The notes: generated from the sequence alone by a model not told the origin. A stretch of 64,000 nucleotides of DNA from Candidatus Latescibacterota bacterium (GCA_963707635.1 OY970173.1:3139432-3203431), one strand, 5' to 3'; counted from the first letter of the stretch, positions 11,048 to 21,012 are shown. A program made the numbers and translations.

Positions 11048-12310
11048 ATGAAGACGACCATGAATCGACCGGCACCCATCAATTCGACGACGCTGGACCC
11101 GGCGCGGGTGCGCCTCGACTTCCCCGCCCTGGCGCAGGAGATCAAGGGCAAGCCCCTGGTCTACCTGGACAACGCCGCCACCTCGCAGAAGCCGCGCGCG
11201 GTGATCGACGCGATCTCGCGCTTCTACGAGACCTCCAACGCCAACGTCCACCGCGGCGTCCACACGCTCTCCGTTCGCGCCACCGAGGCGTACGAAGGCG
11301 CCCGCGAGAAGGTGCGGGCGTTCATCAACGCCGCCGAGGCCGCCGAGATCGTATTCGTGCGCGGCACCACCGAGGGCATCAACCTGGTCGCGAATTCGTT
11401 CGGCGCGGCGCGGGTGCGCGAGGGCGATGAGATCGTCATTTCCACGATGGAGCACCACTCCAACATCGTGCCCTGGCAGATGCTCTGCCAGCGAACCGGT
11501 GCGAAGCTGCGGGTGATCCCGATGAGCCGCGACGGGGACCTGTTCCTCGGCGAATTCAAGGGGCTCCTGAACGAGCGCACGCGTCTCGTGGCCGTGGCTC
11601 ACGTGTCCAATTCGCTCGGCACCGTGAATCCGGTTCGCGAGATGATCGCGATCGCACACGAGATGGACGTCCCGGTTTTGATCGACGGCGCGCAGGCCGT
11701 TCCGCACTTCCAGGTCGACGTGCGCGCGCTGGGAGCCGACTTTTACGTCTTCTCGGGCCACAAGATGTTCGGCCCGACCGGGGCGGGCGTGCTGTACGCG
11801 CGCCGCGCGCTGCTCGAAACGCTGCCTCCCTACCAGGGCGGCGGCGACATGATTGCGTCGGTCACCTTCGAGAAGACCACCTACAACGTGCTGCCGCATC
11901 GCTTCGAGGCGGGAACGCCGGACATCGCGGCCGTGGTCGGCCTCGGCGCGGCGATCGATTACGTCAGCGGCCTCGGCGCCGAGGCGATCGAGGCCTACGA
12001 GCGCGACCTGGTCGCCTACGCGGTGGAGCGGATCGGCTCGCTCAAGGGAGTGACCCTGATCGCGACCCCGAAGCACCGGGTGGGCGTGGTCTCGTTCACG
12101 CTCGACGGCGTCCATCCGCACGACGTCGGCATGATCCTGGACCACGAGGGCATCGCCATCCGCGCCGGCCACCACTGCACGCAGCCGGTGATGGACTTCT
12201 ACGGCGTCCCGGCCACCAACCGCGCGTCGTTCGCCTTCTACAACACGCGCGACGAAGTGGAGCGCCTGGTGGTGGGCATCGAGAGCGTGCGCAAGGTGTT
12301 CCGGAGCTGA
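11048..12310 (+). CDS. sufS: Cysteine desulfurase SufS (type II)
   Basis: YLDNAATSQKP, PLP lysine in SGHKM, FEAGTP, catalytic RAGHHC. Confidence 0.96.
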   Translation: MKTTMNRPAPINSTTLDPARVRLDFPALAQEIKGKPLVYLDNAATSQKPRAVIDAISRFYETSNANVHRGVHTLSVRATEAYEGAREKVRAFINAAEAAEIVFVRGTTEGINLVANSFGAARVREGDEIVISTMEHHSNIVPWQMLCQRTGAKLRVIPMSRDGDLFLGEFKGLLNERTRLVAVAHVSNSLGTVNPVREMIAIAHEMDVPVLIDGAQAVPHFQVDVRALGADFYVFSGHKMFGPTGAGVLYARRALLETLPPYQGGGDMIASVTFEKTTYNVLPHRFEAGTPDIAAVVGLGAAIDYVSGLGAEAIEAYERDLVAYAVERIGSLKGVTLIATPKHRVGVVSFTLDGVHPHDVGMILDHEGIAIRAGHHCTQPVMDFYGVPATNRASFAFYNTRDEVERLVVGIESVRKVFRS

Positions 12311-12312
12311 CA

Positions 12313-12768
12313 ATGAGCGACATGCGCGAGCTGTATCAGGAGGTGATCCTCGATCACCACAAGCACCCGAGGAACTTCGGGAAGCTCGCCGCTGCCAACC
12401 GGCACGCGGAAGGGTTCAACCCGCTCTGCGGCGATCGCGTGACCGTATACGCCCTGGTGGAGGGAGACATCATCCGCGACCTGTCCTTCGAAGGCAGTGG
12501 ATGCGCGATCTGCATGGCGAGCTGCTCGCTCATGACCGACGAGCTCAAGGGCCATTCGGTCCAGGACGCGGAAGCGCTGTTCGGCCGGTTTCACGAGCTG
12601 GTCACCGGCGACACCTCCAACGAGCCCGACAGCGATGGTCTCGGGAAGCTCGCCGTGTTCGAAGGCGTGCGTGAATTTCCGGTGCGCGTGAAGTGCGCCA
12701 TTCTGCCCTGGCACGCGCTGCGCGCTGCGCTCAAGAGCATGACGGGCGCGGCGGTCACCACGGAGTAA
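12313..12768 (+). CDS. sufU: SUF system NifU-family sulfur-transfer protein SufU
   Basis: LYQEVILDH, NPLCGD, GCAIC, RVKCA. Confidence 0.93.
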   Translation: MSDMRELYQEVILDHHKHPRNFGKLAAANRHAEGFNPLCGDRVTVYALVEGDIIRDLSFEGSGCAICMASCSLMTDELKGHSVQDAEALFGRFHELVTGDTSNEPDSDGLGKLAVFEGVREFPVRVKCAILPWHALRAALKSMTGAAVTTE

Positions 12769-12770
12769 CC

Positions 12771-13124
12771 ATGATGCCGGCTCACGAAGAAAATCCGATG
12801 CCCTCGAACGCGACCGGCGCCTCCGCGTCGCTGCGCGAGAAGATCATCGAGGCGCTCAAGACGTGTTACGACCCGGAGATCCCGATCGACATCTGGGAGC
12901 TGGGCCTGATCTACGACATCGACATCGCCGAAACCAACGATGTCGTCGTCACCATGACGCTCACGACGCCGCACTGCCCGGCCGCGGAAACGCTGCCGGC
13001 CGACGTCGAGACCCGGGTGTCGGCGGTCGAAGGGGTCGCGTCGGTCAAAGTCGAAGTTACCTGGGAGCCCGCGTGGTCGCCGCAATTGATGTCCGAGGCG
13101 GCGCGGCTCGAATTGAATCTGTAA
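12771..13124 (+). CDS. sufT: DUF59/SufT family Fe-S assembly protein
   Basis: YDPEIPIDIWELGLIY, MTLTTPHCP, WEPAWS...MSEAARLEL. The start may be 12771 or 12798. Confidence 0.88.
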   Translation: MMPAHEENPMPSNATGASASLREKIIEALKTCYDPEIPIDIWELGLIYDIDIAETNDVVVTMTLTTPHCPAAETLPADVETRVSAVEGVASVKVEVTWEPAWSPQLMSEAARLELNL

Positions 13125-13140
13125 ACGAGGAGGAATCATC

Positions 13141-13560
13141 ATGATGCTCTACCCACCCGAAATTACCGAGCCCTGCCGGCAGGATCTCGTCCAGGCCGGC
13201 GTCGCCGAGTTGAGAACCCCGAGCGACGTCGACATGGTGCTGAAGAACTCCACGGGCACGGTGCTGGTGATGGTGAATTCGGTCTGCGGATGCGCCGCGG
13301 GCATGGCCCGGCCGGGCCTGAAGATGGCGCTCCAGCACACCAAGCTGCCGGAGAAGATCACGACCGTGTTCGCCGGCGTCGATCGCGAAGCGACCGAACA
13401 GGCGCGCAAGTACATCCCGGGCTACCCGCCGTCTTCGCCCTCGATCGCGTTGCTCAAGGACGGCAAGCCGGTGTACGTGATGGAGCGCTGGCAGATCGAA
13501 GGCCGCAGCCCGCAGGAGATCGCGTACGACCTGGTCGAGGCGTTCGACCAGTTCTGCTAA
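13141..13560 (+). CDS. BrxA/BrxB family bacilliredoxin (DUF1094)
   Basis: NSVCGCAAG (CGC motif), TVFAGVD, PPSSPSIAL, R..IEGR; strong GAGGAGG RBS. Confidence 0.9.
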   Translation: MMLYPPEITEPCRQDLVQAGVAELRTPSDVDMVLKNSTGTVLVMVNSVCGCAAGMARPGLKMALQHTKLPEKITTVFAGVDREATEQARKYIPGYPPSSPSIALLKDGKPVYVMERWQIEGRSPQEIAYDLVEAFDQFC

Positions 13561-14066
13561 TGAACTCGCTCTTTCCGGACTTTCCCGACGAGGCGCGGCT
13601 GTGGGTCTACCCGCTCGCGAAGCCGCTCTCGGCCGACGAGCGCACGCGCGTGGCCGAGAGCCTGGATGCATTCCTGAACGGGTGGGCGTCGCACGGCACG
13701 CCGGTGCACGGCGCCTACGCGCTCCTCGACGATCGCTTCGTGCTGATTGCGGGCTACGTGGACGACGGCGTGTCGGGATGCTCGACGGACTCGATGGTTC
13801 GCGTGATGAAGAAGCTGCGCGAGGAATCCGGGATCGACGGCTTCGACCGCACGCTGGTGTTCTTTCGCGACTCCGCGAACCGGGTGCAGGCCGTGAGCCG
13901 GGAGGACTTCAAGCAACTGGTCGAGGCGGGGAACGTGGATGCGAACACGCCGGTCTTCGACGCGACCATCCAGTTCATCGGCGATCTGCGCCGGGGCGGC
14001 TTCGAGACGAGCTTCGCGAAGTCGTGGCACGCGAGCGCGTTCAGCCCGCCACCCCCAGCTCGTTGA
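13560..14066 (+). CDS. Conserved hypothetical protein with W-x-x-HG and SGCS motifs
   Basis: TAATG stop/start overlap with the bacilliredoxin gene. 'RLWVY...FLNGWASHG...SGCSTDS...FDR...SWH'. No Walker motifs. Confidence 0.7.
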   Translation: MNSLFPDFPDEARLWVYPLAKPLSADERTRVAESLDAFLNGWASHGTPVHGAYALLDDRFVLIAGYVDDGVSGCSTDSMVRVMKKLREESGIDGFDRTLVFFRDSANRVQAVSREDFKQLVEAGNVDANTPVFDATIQFIGDLRRGGFETSFAKSWHASAFSPPPPAR

Positions 14067-15081
14067 TCCTCCAGATCATCTCGATCAGGCGCGACGGACT
14101 CTGACGGTTCAGCGCGAACACCAGCCGGGGCTTGTCCGCCAGCTCCGGCTCGTTCGATTCTTCCGACAGTGCCCGCGACTTTTCGATCGCCCCCCGCTTC
14201 ACCAGGTCGGCGAATTCGCTCGCCAGCGTCTTGAGCGCCGCATCTGAAAGTTCGCGCTCGAGCCGCACCACCAGCCGGTCGCGCACGAAGCGCATGGAGT
14301 GGTAGACGGAGTAGAATCGCTTCACGTGCGCCACTCCCTCTTCCGGCGAGTGCACGATCTTGTAGAGCAGGGTGTCGCGCTCCGAGATGAGCTTGCGGCC
14401 CAGCAGCTCCTTGCGGATGAACGCGTCGAAGCTCTCCCAGTAGGTTTCCCCCGGCAATTCCATCAGCAGGAACGGCATCGGCGTCGCCTTGCCGGTCTGG
14501 ATCAGCGTGAGCGTCTCGAAGCCTTCGTCGTGGGTGCCGAACCCGCCCGGGAAGAGCGCCACCGCGCTCGCTTCCATGAGGAAGAAGATCTTGCGCGTGA
14601 AGAAATACTTGAACGTGATGAGCTTGGGGTCGTCGCCGATCACCGGGTTGGGCGCCTGCTCGAACGGCAGGAGGATGTTCACCCCGAAGCTCGCTTCGGC
14701 GCCGGCGCCCACATTCCCTGCCTTCATGATTCCCTCGGCCGCACCGGTGATGACCATGAAGCCCGCCTGCACGAGCTGGCGGGCGAACTCGACCGCCATC
14801 GCGTAGTAGGGATCGTCTTCCGGCGTGCGCGCGGAGCCGAAGATCGAGACCTTGCGCCGGTCGCGGTAGGGCTTGAACACGCGCGCCGCGTAGCGGAACT
14901 CCGCCATCGCGCGGCTCAACACCTTGAGGTCGAGGACGTCCAGCTCGTCGCGCCGGCATTTGAGCGCGTGCACGATCAACTCGCGCACGAGCCGGGTGGC
15001 GATGTCGGGGTCGGGGTCGGCGTAGAGGGCGCGAATCTCGTCGAGCACGCGCTCGGGGGTGTCGAATTCTTTCTTGATCAT
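14041..15081 (-). CDS. LOG family nucleotide phosphoribohydrolase (lysine-decarboxylase-like family)
   Basis: FGSART, ITGAAEGIM, FKYFFTRK, PGGFGTHDE. Confidence 0.9.
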   Translation of the reverse strand: MIKKEFDTPERVLDEIRALYADPDPDIATRLVRELIVHALKCRRDELDVLDLKVLSRAMAEFRYAARVFKPYRDRRKVSIFGSARTPEDDPYYAMAVEFARQLVQAGFMVITGAAEGIMKAGNVGAGAEASFGVNILLPFEQAPNPVIGDDPKLITFKYFFTRKIFFLMEASAVALFPGGFGTHDEGFETLTLIQTGKATPMPFLLMELPGETYWESFDAFIRKELLGRKLISERDTLLYKIVHSPEEGVAHVKRFYSVYHSMRFVRDRLVVRLERELSDAALKTLASEFADLVKRGAIEKSRALSEESNEPELADKPRLVFALNRQSPSRLIEMIWRINELGVAG

Positions 15082-15082
15082 G

Positions 15083-15745
15083 TCAGCCGATCAGGTCGAG
15101 GAGTCGAGAGAGATTGGGTTCACGAACCACGTGGGTGGCCAGCCGCGCGAGCTCGGTCGAGCGCGGGTTGAACGCCACCACGCACCCGGCCACACCCACC
15201 ATGGGCACGTCGTTGGCGCCGTCGCCTACGAACGCCGCACGGTCGAGCGTCACCGCGTGCTTCTTCGAGAGTTCGCGCAGCGCCACCGGCTTCCCCTCGA
15301 GGTCGAACGGGGTCGCCTCCCAGCCGGTGAGCTGGCCGTGATCGTCGAACAGGAGCCGGTTGGAATACACGTCGTCGAACGGGTGCTCGGGAAACAGGGT
15401 TTCGATCACGATGTCGAGCGTGCCGGAGATGATGGCGAGCCGCGCGCCGCGGCGCTTCAGCTCCCACAGCGTGGAATGCGCGCCGTCGAAGCGTTCGAAC
15501 TCCCGGACCGCATCGACGACTTCGGCGCGCGTGGCCCCGGCGTCGATCCACCCCTGCACGTCCAGCTCGACCCACTGCGGATACGTGATCTTGCCCTCGT
15601 TGTACCAGCGGTGACGCTGCGCGTTGACGCGGTCGTCGCCGGTGAAGCGCCGGTTTAAGACTTCCCAGATCACCTTTCCGGTGGGATGGCGCACCAGAGT
15701 TCCGTCGACGTCGAAGCAGATGAGGTCATAGGAACGGTGGGCCAC
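15083..15745 (-). CDS. HAD-IB family phosphatase (phosphoserine phosphatase-like)
   Basis: FDVDGT motif I, IISG motif II, conserved K, GDGAND motif IV. Confidence 0.85.
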   Translation of the reverse strand: MAHRSYDLICFDVDGTLVRHPTGKVIWEVLNRRFTGDDRVNAQRHRWYNEGKITYPQWVELDVQGWIDAGATRAEVVDAVREFERFDGAHSTLWELKRRGARLAIISGTLDIVIETLFPEHPFDDVYSNRLLFDDHGQLTGWEATPFDLEGKPVALRELSKKHAVTLDRAAFVGDGANDVPMVGVAGCVVAFNPRSTELARLATHVVREPNLSRLLDLIG

Positions 15746-15874
15746 GGTCCCATTCTACCCCAAGGCCACGGCACCGGTCGAGATCGACTTCCCGCTGATC
15801 CGGCGCGCCGGAGTCCGCCCTTGCAATCCGGTCGAGGCGGCTTACAATGGGCGCGTGGCATTCGAGGCCGCCGC

Positions 15875-16435
15875 ATGAGCAATGACCGACCGGCTGACGA
15901 GCGCGACCCGTCCCGCTGGGTCGACGAGCACGGCGACGCGCTGTTCCGGTTCGCGATCCTCCGGGTCAAGGACCCGGAGCTCGCCGGCGACCTCGTGCAG
16001 GACACCTTCCTATCTGCGCTCAAGGCAAAGGAGGGCTTCCGGGGCGGTTCGTCGCTGCGCACGTGGCTGGTCGGCATCCTCAAGCACAAGATCATCGACC
16101 ACTACCGCAAGCACCGGATCGAGGTGCTCGAGAGCGACCTCCAGAGCGTCGGCGAGGCCCCGGACTTCGAGCACGCGGACCGGGTCACGACCCGGTGGAG
16201 CGAGACCCCCTCGCAGCTGGTCGAGAACCGGGAGTTCTGGGGCGTGCTGACGAATTGCCTGGCGGGCCTCCCGGAGGCGCACCGGCGCGCGTTCTCCATG
16301 CGGGAATTCGACGGGCTCGAAGGGGAGGAAATCTGTAAGGTGCTCGGAGTGACCCCGACGAACCTGTGGGTCATGCTGCACCGAGCCCGCGCGAAGCTGC
16401 GCAAGTGTCTGGAGTCGACCTGGTTCGAGGTGTAA
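15875..16435 (+). CDS. ECF RNA polymerase sigma-70 factor
   Basis: DLVQDTFL, FRGGSSLRTWLVGILKHKIIDH, ICKVLGVTPTNLWVMLHRAR. Upstream TTGCAA-16-TACAAT. Confidence 0.92.
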   Translation: MSNDRPADERDPSRWVDEHGDALFRFAILRVKDPELAGDLVQDTFLSALKAKEGFRGGSSLRTWLVGILKHKIIDHYRKHRIEVLESDLQSVGEAPDFEHADRVTTRWSETPSQLVENREFWGVLTNCLAGLPEAHRRAFSMREFDGLEGEEICKVLGVTPTNLWVMLHRARAKLRKCLESTWFEV

Positions 16436-16450
16436 CTTCGCCTACTGCCA

Positions 16451-16702
16451 ATGATCGGTTGCCGTGAAACCGCCCGCCTGCTTTCGGAGCAGCGCGATCG
16501 CCACCTCCCGTGGCGAACGCGCTTCGCGCTGCGCGTGCACCTCTTCCTCTGCAAGCTGTGCAAGGTCTACGCGACGCAGATCGGAGTGGTGAGCCGGGTC
16601 GCGCAGGTGGCCGGAAACGCGGCCCCGGAGCGGTGTCCGGAATGCCTCCCCGCCACGCGCAAGGAGCAGATCAAGGACGCCCTCTCGAAGGAATCCCGCT
16701 AG
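16451..16702 (+). CDS. zf-HC2 zinc-binding putative anti-sigma factor
   Basis: C...H-x3-C-x2-C pattern (CRET...HLFLCKLC) directly downstream of the ECF sigma gene. Confidence 0.82.
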   Translation: MIGCRETARLLSEQRDRHLPWRTRFALRVHLFLCKLCKVYATQIGVVSRVAQVAGNAAPERCPECLPATRKEQIKDALSKESR

Positions 16703-18561
16703 TCCATTTTCTCCCGCCACCACAGCTCCAGCATCATCAGCGTCCAGATCATCGACGAGTTGTCGCGTCTGCCCGCGTGGTGCTCGTGCATGATCCGCCG
16801 CAGGAACTCCGGCCGAAACGTGCCGCGCAGGAGCGCTCGTTTTCCCAGCACCAGGTCCTCGCTGCTCGCGGCCCATTCCTTCTTGAGCCAATAGCCGATG
16901 GGAATCCCGAACCCCATCTTGGGCCGATAGACGAGTTCGCGCGGCATGAGACGCTCGGCGACCTTCTTGAGAATGTACTTGGTGGTCATTCCCTTCATCC
17001 GCATATCCACCGGTATGGTCGCCGCAAACTCCGCGAGCACGTGGTCCAAGAGCGGCGCGCGTGATTCGAGCGACACCAGCATGCTGGTGCGGTCGACCTT
17101 CGCGAGGATGTCGCCGGGCAGGTACGTGTGCGTGTCCAGGTACTGCCGGCGGGTCAGGGGATCCGCGCCGGCCACCTTGTCCAGGAATGGCCGCGCCAAT
17201 CGGGTAGGGTCCGTATCCGCGCGGCCGGCGATCTCGTCCGAGAACACCTCGACGCGTGTCTGCTGGAGTCCGCGCGTCATGTGGCGGAGGTACTGCTCGT
17301 CCGCGGTTCCCAGCAGGTTGCGGATGCGATCGACCCCGGGCGCGCCGGGTGGAAGCGAGCGCGCAATCGGCGCCAGCAAGGCGTTGCGCAGGCCCGCCGG
17401 CAGCGCATTCACCGCCCGCATCCCGGCTGGGACGCGGTAGCGAAGATAGCCGGCAAACAGCTCGTCGCCTCCGTCGCCGGATAGCGCCACCGTGACGCGT
17501 TTTCGTGCCATGCGCGCGACATAATACGTCGGCAGCATGGACGAGTCCGCAAAGGGCTCGTCGAATTGGCGCACCAGCGCGAGCACGTCCTTCTCCGCCT
17601 CCGGGCGAACGATCTCTTCGTGGTGCTCGGTATGGAAGTGCTCCGCGACGCGTCGCGCACTCGCGAGCTCGTTGTACTCCGGCTCCTCGAAACCGATCGA
17701 GAATGTCTTCACGGGTTCGCGCGAGTGCTTCGCCATGAGCGCCACCACGACGCTCGAGTCCGTCCCGCCGCTCAAGAACGCCCCCAGCGGAACCTCGCTC
17801 ATCAGCCGGATGCGGACCGCCTCGTCCACGATCTCCAGCGCGCGGTCGATGTAGAACGTCTCCGGCTGCGGCTTCTGGGGGGCCAGGTAGTCGACGTCCC
17901 AGTAGCACTCGACGTGAACGCGACCGGCCTGGTACGTCAGCCAGTGCGCGGGCGGCAGCTTCGCGATGCCCTCGTAGATGGACTCCGGGTCGGGGACGTA
18001 GCCCCATCCGACGTAGTCGACCAGCGCCTGCCAGTTGACGCGCCGCGCGACGTCCGGCAGTGAGAGAATCGCTTTCAGCTCCGAACCAAACACGACGCGG
18101 CGCCCGTCGTGTAGGTAGTACAGGGGCTTCTTGCCGAGCCGGTCGCGCGCCAGAAAGAGGCGGCCGCGCGGGGCGTCCCAGATCGCGATCGTGAACATCC
18201 CGCGCAGATGCTTGACGCAGTCGGTGCCGTACTCCTCGTAGGCGTGGAGGATGGTCTCGGTGTCGCTCTGCGTGGCGTAGCGATGGCCGCGCCGTTCGAG
18301 TTCCCGGCGCACGTCGCGGTGGTTGTAGATTTCGCCGTTGAAGACGATCGCGCAGGTGCGATCTTCGTTGAAGATGGGCTGGTGGCCGGTGGCGACGTCG
18401 ATGATCGCGAGCCGGGTCATGCCGATTCCGGCCCGCCCGTCGACGAAGACACCCGTGTCGTCGGGGCCGCGATGGCGGATCGTGTCGCACATGGCGCGCA
18501 ACGTCGCTTCGGAAACGCGCGCCTCCCGATCCCCGAATACGATGCCGGCGATGCCGCACAT
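16699..18561 (-). CDS. asnB: Asparagine synthase (glutamine-hydrolyzing) family amidotransferase
   Basis: MCGIAG N-terminus, HRGPD, FNGEIYN, LSGGTDSS, SGDGGDELFAGY, KVDRTSM. Confidence 0.93.
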   Translation of the reverse strand: MCGIAGIVFGDREARVSEATLRAMCDTIRHRGPDDTGVFVDGRAGIGMTRLAIIDVATGHQPIFNEDRTCAIVFNGEIYNHRDVRRELERRGHRYATQSDTETILHAYEEYGTDCVKHLRGMFTIAIWDAPRGRLFLARDRLGKKPLYYLHDGRRVVFGSELKAILSLPDVARRVNWQALVDYVGWGYVPDPESIYEGIAKLPPAHWLTYQAGRVHVECYWDVDYLAPQKPQPETFYIDRALEIVDEAVRIRLMSEVPLGAFLSGGTDSSVVVALMAKHSREPVKTFSIGFEEPEYNELASARRVAEHFHTEHHEEIVRPEAEKDVLALVRQFDEPFADSSMLPTYYVARMARKRVTVALSGDGGDELFAGYLRYRVPAGMRAVNALPAGLRNALLAPIARSLPPGAPGVDRIRNLLGTADEQYLRHMTRGLQQTRVEVFSDEIAGRADTDPTRLARPFLDKVAGADPLTRRQYLDTHTYLPGDILAKVDRTSMLVSLESRAPLLDHVLAEFAATIPVDMRMKGMTTKYILKKVAERLMPRELVYRPKMGFGIPIGYWLKKEWAASSEDLVLGKRALLRGTFRPEFLRRIMHEHHAGRRDNSSMIWTLMMLELWWREKMD

Positions 18562-18678
18562 GGGCTGTCAATTGTAGCATTGCCGCGGCGGGAACCCCAC
18601 GACGAATCCCGGTGTTAGATAGCGCTGGAACCCGCGGCCGCCATCCGATAGGATGGCGAAAGCCTCTCCGGTTGCAAA

Positions 18679-19209
18679 ATGAAGTCGTTTTTCTCCGAAA
18701 TCTTCGGCGGCCTGGTCGTGATCGTGGTTGCCACCGTGATCGGTGTCACGGTCAACGGCATGCGCCCGAACGGCGTGGCGCTGATCCCGTCCGGCGCGCC
18801 CGTATCGACCGTCCAGCACGGTGACGCCCCGGCCGCCGCTGACACGGCGCTGGCCGATACCACCGTGGCCGAGGGCGCGATTTCGCTCGCCGAGATGAAG
18901 CGGCGCTTCGACGAAGGCACCGGTTTCATCATCGACGCCCGCAGCCCCGAGGAATACCAGCAGGGCCACATCCCGGGCGCGATCAACATTCCGCACGATC
19001 GCATCCCCGAGTACCTCGACGCGCTCAATTCGCAGGTGCCGACGGACGGCGAGGTCTCCATCTACTGCCGCGGCCCCGCGTGCGATTTCAGCGACCTGCT
19101 TGCCACCGAAATGAAGATGCTCGGCTACACGAACGTCTCTGTTTTCTCGGGTGGGTGGGAGCAATGGACGCTCGCGGGCTACCCGACCGAAGGGATGATG
19201 CCCAAGTGA
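18679..19209 (+). CDS. Membrane-anchored rhodanese-like domain protein
   Basis: N-terminal TM helix, IIDARSPEEYQQGHIPGAINIP, YCRGPAC, GGWEQW. Confidence 0.85.
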   Translation: MKSFFSEIFGGLVVIVVATVIGVTVNGMRPNGVALIPSGAPVSTVQHGDAPAAADTALADTTVAEGAISLAEMKRRFDEGTGFIIDARSPEEYQQGHIPGAINIPHDRIPEYLDALNSQVPTDGEVSIYCRGPACDFSDLLATEMKMLGYTNVSVFSGGWEQWTLAGYPTEGMMPK

Positions 19210-19685
19210 TCGGGAGCCTGTTGACGGGTCGCGGGCTGAACCTCGTGTTGCGGCTCTTTCTCGGAGGGCTCTTCGCCTACGCCGCGTTCAGCAAGGTGGT
19301 GGATCCCGCCGCGTTCGCCATGTCGGTGCGCGGGTACAAGATCGTCCCCTTCGCGCTGTCGAACCTGTTCGCGCTCTCGGTGTCGTGGACCGAGCTTCTC
19401 GCCGGCGTCATGCTGATCCTCGGGCTGTGGACGCGCAAGGCCGCCGGAGCGATCGCCATCCTGCTCGCGATGTTCATCGTAGCGATCACGATGGTGCTGG
19501 TGCGGGGGATGGTGGTGGACTGCGGGTGCTTCGGCGAAGGCGGGTCGTCGACGTCGTGGCTCCTGATCGTCCGCAATCTCGCGCTGCTCACCGCGGCGAT
19601 CCTCGTCATCCGCTACAACGACGGTTTCGCGAGCCTGCATGCGGGCCGGCGGGCCGGCGGCGAGCGCCGATTCTCTACCAGTTGA
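19206..19685 (+). CDS. MauE/DoxX family redox-associated membrane protein
   Basis: GTGA overlap with the rhodanese gene, hydrophobic helices, DCGCFG and IVRN motifs. Confidence 0.85.
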   Translation: MIGSLLTGRGLNLVLRLFLGGLFAYAAFSKVVDPAAFAMSVRGYKIVPFALSNLFALSVSWTELLAGVMLILGLWTRKAAGAIAILLAMFIVAITMVLVRGMVVDCGCFGEGGSSTSWLLIVRNLALLTAAILVIRYNDGFASLHAGRRAGGERRFSTS

Positions 19686-20988
19686 ATCCGATGTAGTCCG
19701 GGCTGGTCGGCGGCGGGTCGAACACCCGCGCCAGGTCGATCACGATTTTCTCCCCGCGCGCGCCCCGCGCCGCCTCGGCGAACTCCTGTGTCCGGTGCCC
19801 CACCACCACCACTTCACCGAACGCCACCACTTCCTCGATGTCGGTCGAGAGCAGGCGCGAGATGTGCGGGATCTCCTTCTCGATGTACGCCTTGTTGGCC
19901 CCGGTCAGCCGGGCGAGCGACACGCTGTGGTCGTAGATGCGCAGGTCGTACCCCTTCCCCAGGCACATCTCGATCAGCCGCACGATCGGGCTCTCCCGCA
20001 GGTCGTCGGTCCCGGGCTTGAAACTCATGCCGAGAAACGACACGCGCTTCTTGCCCTGCTCGAAGATCATGTTGGCGGCGCGGTCGATCTGGACGTCGTT
20101 GCTGGGGAGCAGCGACGAGAACAGCGGCAGGTTCAAATCGCGCGAACGGCCCAGATACACCAGCGCGCGCACGTCCTTGGGCAAACACGAGCCGCCGAAC
20201 GCGAAGCCGGGCTTCAGGTACGCGGCCGAGATGTTGAGTTTCTTGTCGGCGACGAAGATGTTCATGACCTCGTGGCTGTCCACGCCGACCGACTTGCACA
20301 GCGTGCCGACTTCGTTCGCGAAACTGATTTTGACCGCGTGGAAGACGTTGTCCACGTACTTCACCATCTCCGCCACCTTGATCGGCGTCTTGAACACGGG
20401 CGCGTCGATCCCCGCGTAGAGGTCGACGATGGTCTGGGCGGTCGCGTCGCTGGCGGCCCCGACCACGGTCTTGGGCGGATTGAAGAAATCGTGGACGGCG
20501 GTCCCTTCGCGGAGGAACTCGGGATTGACGGCCACCTCGACCCGCGTCGGCAGCGTGCCCCCGAGACCCCGCTGCAGCGACGGGATCACGACCTGCTCGG
20601 TGCTGCCGGGGACCATGGTGCTGCGCACGCACACGATATGGCGGCCGGTCTTGTGGCGGAGCGCGGCGCCGATCTCCTCGCACACGCGCGCGACGTAATC
20701 CAGGTTGAGGCTCGCGTTGGGCCGGCTCGGCGTTCCGACGCAGATCAGCGATACCTCGGTAGCGGCGATCGCCTCGTCGGCGGATGCCGCCGCGCGCAGA
20801 CGCCCCGAGCGGACCGCCTCGGCGATCACGTCGTCCAGGTCCCTCTCGACGACCGGCGAACGGCCCTCCATGAGGATCTCGCGCTTCGCCGGCGAGATAT
20901 CGACGCCCACGACCTCGTGCCCGTTCTTCGCAAAGCACCCGGCCGACACGCAGCCGACGTAACCGAGTCCGAAGATGCTGATTCTCAT
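19675..20988 (-). CDS. Nucleotide-sugar dehydrogenase (GDP-mannose 6-dehydrogenase-like)
   Basis: GLGYVG, ICVGTPS, NPEFLREG, YLKPGFAFGGSCLPKD, FKPGTDDLRESP. Confidence 0.9.
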   Translation of the reverse strand: MRISIFGLGYVGCVSAGCFAKNGHEVVGVDISPAKREILMEGRSPVVERDLDDVIAEAVRSGRLRAAASADEAIAATEVSLICVGTPSRPNASLNLDYVARVCEEIGAALRHKTGRHIVCVRSTMVPGSTEQVVIPSLQRGLGGTLPTRVEVAVNPEFLREGTAVHDFFNPPKTVVGAASDATAQTIVDLYAGIDAPVFKTPIKVAEMVKYVDNVFHAVKISFANEVGTLCKSVGVDSHEVMNIFVADKKLNISAAYLKPGFAFGGSCLPKDVRALVYLGRSRDLNLPLFSSLLPSNDVQIDRAANMIFEQGKKRVSFLGMSFKPGTDDLRESPIVRLIEMCLGKGYDLRIYDHSVSLARLTGANKAYIEKEIPHISRLLSTDIEEVVAFGEVVVVGHRTQEFAEAARGARGEKIVIDLARVFDPPPTSPDYIGFNW

Positions 20989-21012
20989 TCTCTCCTCTTT
21001 CTACCAGCGGCC

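Noticed and set aside
9653..12313. Long antisense ORFs (also 19639-22071, 43818-45524, 47650-49578)
   Set aside because: Shadow ORFs opposite well-supported genes in high-GC DNA, with no recognisable motifs.
16699..18561. AsnB as a lasso-peptide cyclase
   Set aside because: It has an intact N-terminal Cys glutaminase domain, no adjacent precursor or B protein, and a polysaccharide-gene context.
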